Shown: in pieces, positions 61,060 through 64,000 of the stretch
How positions within the stretch are numbered: position 1 is the first letter of the stretch
How the letters are laid out: the number at the start of each line of letters is the position of its first letter
Assembly (NCBI GenBank): GCA_002269645.1
Contig: NIVC01001300.1
Coordinates: 62,001-126,000, forward strand
Direction of reading: 5' to 3'
Source: Macrostomum lignano
Lineage: Eukaryota
DNA: 64,000 bases
Made by a program: the position numbers and the translations under genes
Notes under the pieces: generated by a model
What the model saw: the letters and a program-made list of their open reading frames with translations, nothing else
What the model was told of the DNA's origin: nothing
Database searches by the model: none

Positions 61060-62871
61060 CACTAACAAACAAACAAACAAACAAACAAACTAACTAACTC
61101 ACTAACTAACTAACTCACTAACAAACAAACAAACTAACTAACTAACTAACTAGCTAACTAACTAACTAACTAACTAACTGGCGCCAGGGTGCCTGCAGCC
61201 CACTTGCTGTTATTGCACAGGACCTCAAACAGATTGACAATAAGCTACATATAGAAAACGACAACGCTCAGCCACCTGTGCCATAGACAATCACATCGAC
61301 TCCGTTCACGCTGGACCCGTCAACAAAGGTGACGCAGCGATTGTCAATTCTGGCCACATCGGGCCGCACTTTAACAAGCCCCGCTGCCAGCCTGTTGGGC
61401 AGCTCGTCATTCACAAAGGTGTGCTGCTGCAGCGGGCTGTGAGCGGGCCGCAGCCCGTAAAGGTCGTGATCCAGCCTAGATTGAAGCGACTTCTCCAGCT
61501 GCCGTCTGAAATATCGCAATCCGATCAGGCGGATCAGCCACATTTGATAGCGACGCGCTAGCACGAGGTCTTTGGGCCAGCCGTGGTCCACCACGCGATT
61601 GCTGACCTGGAGTGGGAATTGTGGGGGTGTTTTTGGCACACGAAGAAACCTTAGACTGAGGTTTGCTGATGAAGCAAAGAGGATGAGAGAGGATGGGAGA
61701 GAAGAGAAGTAAGACGAGGGCAGGGAATGGTATGTAAAAGAAAGAAAGAAAAAAGAGGGGATTGAGATAATAGATGTAAAGAGAGGGGTGATAAGGGAAA
61801 GGTGAGACTAGAGAAGAGGAAAGGAGAGGAAAAAGGAAGGAGAGGAGAGGAGAGAGCAGAAGAGAGAGAAGGGAGACTAGAAGAGAAGAGGAGAGGAGAG
61901 GGGATGAGAGGAGAGGAGAGGAGATGAGATGAGAGAAGAGGGGATGAGAGAAGAGAGAGAGGAGATGAGATGACAGGAGAGGGGATGAGATGAGAGAAGA
62001 GGGGATGAGAGAAGAGAGAGAGGAGATGAGATGACAGGAGAGGGAATGAGATGAGAGAAGAGGGGATGAGAGAAGGGAGAGAGAGAGGAGGTGAGATGAG
62101 AGGAGAGGGGATGAGAGAAGAGAGAGAGGAGTTGAGATGAGAGGAGAGGGGATGAGAGAAGAGAGAGAGGAGTTGAGATGAGAGGAGAGGGGATGAGATG
62201 AGAGAAGAGGGGATGAGAGAAGAGGAGAGGAGAGGAAGGGAGAGGAGAGAAGGTGGGAGGAGAGGAGAGGAGAGAAGATAAGAGAGTCAAATAAGTGAAG
62301 ACATAAGAGATAGCAGACACGAAATGGGGGAGGGCAACGTGAAGAATGGGATAAATGCGACAGGGCAACAAGAGGCGCAGGCAAGTGAGATACTGCATGG
62401 CAGATATTCGGAGCACTCAGAGCAAATTATTAAAACCCAGTGCGCTTACCCAAGTGCCTCTCTTGGTGGACCAGTAGACCACCCGAGCCCTGTGCGACAG
62501 CTCCACCACAGCATCGCCAGCCGAGTTGCCCGCCCCAATCACCAGCACAGTCTTGTCCAAGAATTTCTCGGACAGCGGATCGCGACAAGAGTGCGAATGA
62601 AGTACCTCGCCAGGGAAACTGTCAGCTCCCGGATACGCGGGCAGATTGGGGATGGCGTGATGCCCTGTGCAGACCCACACAGCATCGAAGGTCTCGCATT
62701 GCTCTTCGTTAGGCTCGTTGCCAACACCGGCTGCTGGTCTGAAGGCGACCAGCCACTTGTCAGGGTCCGACGACGTCTTGCGGACCTGAGTTGGAGAGCA
62801 GATTGCTGTGTGTTGAAGCACATTATTTCCTTAGTTAGTTAGTCAGTTAGTTAGTTAGTTAGTTAGTTAGC

Positions 62872-62907
<36 letters not shown>

Positions 62908-62914
62908 AAGTCAA

Positions 62915-62947
<33 letters not shown>

Positions 62948-62954
62948 AAGTCAA

Positions 62955-63015
<61 letters not shown>

Positions 63016-63016
63016 G

Positions 63017-63055
<39 letters not shown>

Positions 63056-63070
63056 AAGTCAATTAGTCAA

Positions 63071-63103
<33 letters not shown>

Positions 63104-63272
63104 AAGTCAATTAGTCAATTAGTTAGTTAGTTAGTTAGTCAGTTAGTTAGCTAGTTAGTTAGTTAGTTAGTTAGTCAGTTAGTTAGTCAGTTAGTTAGTT
63201 AGTTAGTTAGTCAGTTAGTTAGTCAGTTAGTCAGTTAGTTAGTTAGTTAGTCAGTTAGTTAGTTAGTTAGTC

Positions 63273-63315
<43 letters not shown>

Positions 63316-63316
63316 C

Positions 63317-63379
<63 letters not shown>

Positions 63380-63380
63380 C

Positions 63381-63439
<59 letters not shown>

Positions 63440-63837
63440 CAGTTAGTTAGTTAGTAAGTCAATTAGTTAGTTAGTTGGTTAGTTAGTTGGTTAGTTAGTT
63501 AGTTACCCACCTTGACAATCTCTGTGCCAAACCGGATGCTACTCCGCAGGTTGAACCGCTCAGCATAGGCCTGTATATACTCAAACACCCGACTGTTGTG
63601 CAGGAAGTTTGAGTACTCAGCTGGCGGAGGGAAATCTGAGAAAGCCGACATCTCCTTGCTGGTGTTCATCATGGTGGTACGCATAACACAGGCCTTGCCG
63701 TCGACCAAATCTGTGTAGCGCCACAAACCTCCAAGATCGCTGGATCGTTCGAAGGCCATGGGTTCGAGACCCTCATCTAGGCAGGCCTTGACAGCAGCAA
63801 TGCCACTCACTCCAGCGCCAATTATGCAGATGCGCAT
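58334..63837 (-). CDS. Flavin-containing monooxygenase (animal FMO1-5 type), intact; exons 63837-63511, 62785-62450, 61606-61276, 59833-59535, 58717-58334
   Basis: The FAD motif [30 protein letters not shown], the FMO signature [12 protein letters not shown], the NADPH motif [21 protein letters not shown] and a C-terminal hydrophobic anchor are present. Exon lengths 327+336+331+299+384 nt join in frame. Confidence 0.96.
58770..59510. repeat. ~22-bp minisatellite TGAATCTTAATTATCTCTTACC filling FMO intron 4
   Basis: Direct periodicity. Confidence 0.94.
59940..61180. repeat. (CTAA)n microsatellite in FMO intron 3
   Basis: Directly visible. Confidence 0.98.
61680..62290. repeat. GA-rich low-complexity/degenerate repeat in FMO intron 2
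   Basis: Directly visible. Confidence 0.92.
62831..63504. repeat. (TTAG)n microsatellite filling FMO intron 1
   Basis: Directly visible; it is the reverse complement of the intron-3 array. Confidence 0.98.
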
Positions 63838-64000
63838 GGCTTATTTAACTATATAGCATGCATGGAATTTAATTCACAAACTCTATCAAGCTCTGTCGAT
63901 TTTTATCTAGTGTTAGTAGTATGATTATAAATAAATTTACTTTGGTTGATAAAACTTTTTGAAAATATTTCTTAAAACAATTTATCTAATTCTTGAATCA

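Overview
This is eukaryotic (metazoan) genomic DNA with GT-AG introns, GC-rich exons and introns packed with mini- and microsatellites. The style fits a free-living flatworm such as Macrostomum, but that is inference only. (1) 1-7655: a non-coding ~4.2 kb unit present as a head-to-head inverted dimer (arms 1-3457 and 3533-6993). It is bounded by two GC-rich branched hairpins (centre 3458-3532, end 7610-7655) that share a CCGAT...ATCGG stem and a CGCCTGCGGC motif. (2) 7.6-15.1 kb: a GOPC/PIST (coiled-coil + PDZ) gene on the minus strand, running into the terminal hairpin. (3) 16.5-43 kb: a block of damaged sequences. On the plus strand are a truncated SLC5 transporter paralog abutting a 5'-less, deletion-riddled PSMD3, a frameshifted LOTUS-RGG-Tudor gene and a metallophosphoesterase. 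On the minus strand are mariner, THAP and Penelope remnants. (4) 44.2-55.9 kb: an intact 12-exon SLC5 sodium:solute symporter. (5) 58.3-63.8 kb: an intact 5-exon flavin monooxygenase on the minus strand. The most notable observations are the hairpin-bounded palindromic element, minisatellites that multiply splice signals, a foldback-like element built from 11-bp arrays, and a SINE-derived frame-preserving exon. Protein identifications rest on recalled family motifs, not database searches. Some frameshifts may be long-read consensus errors.
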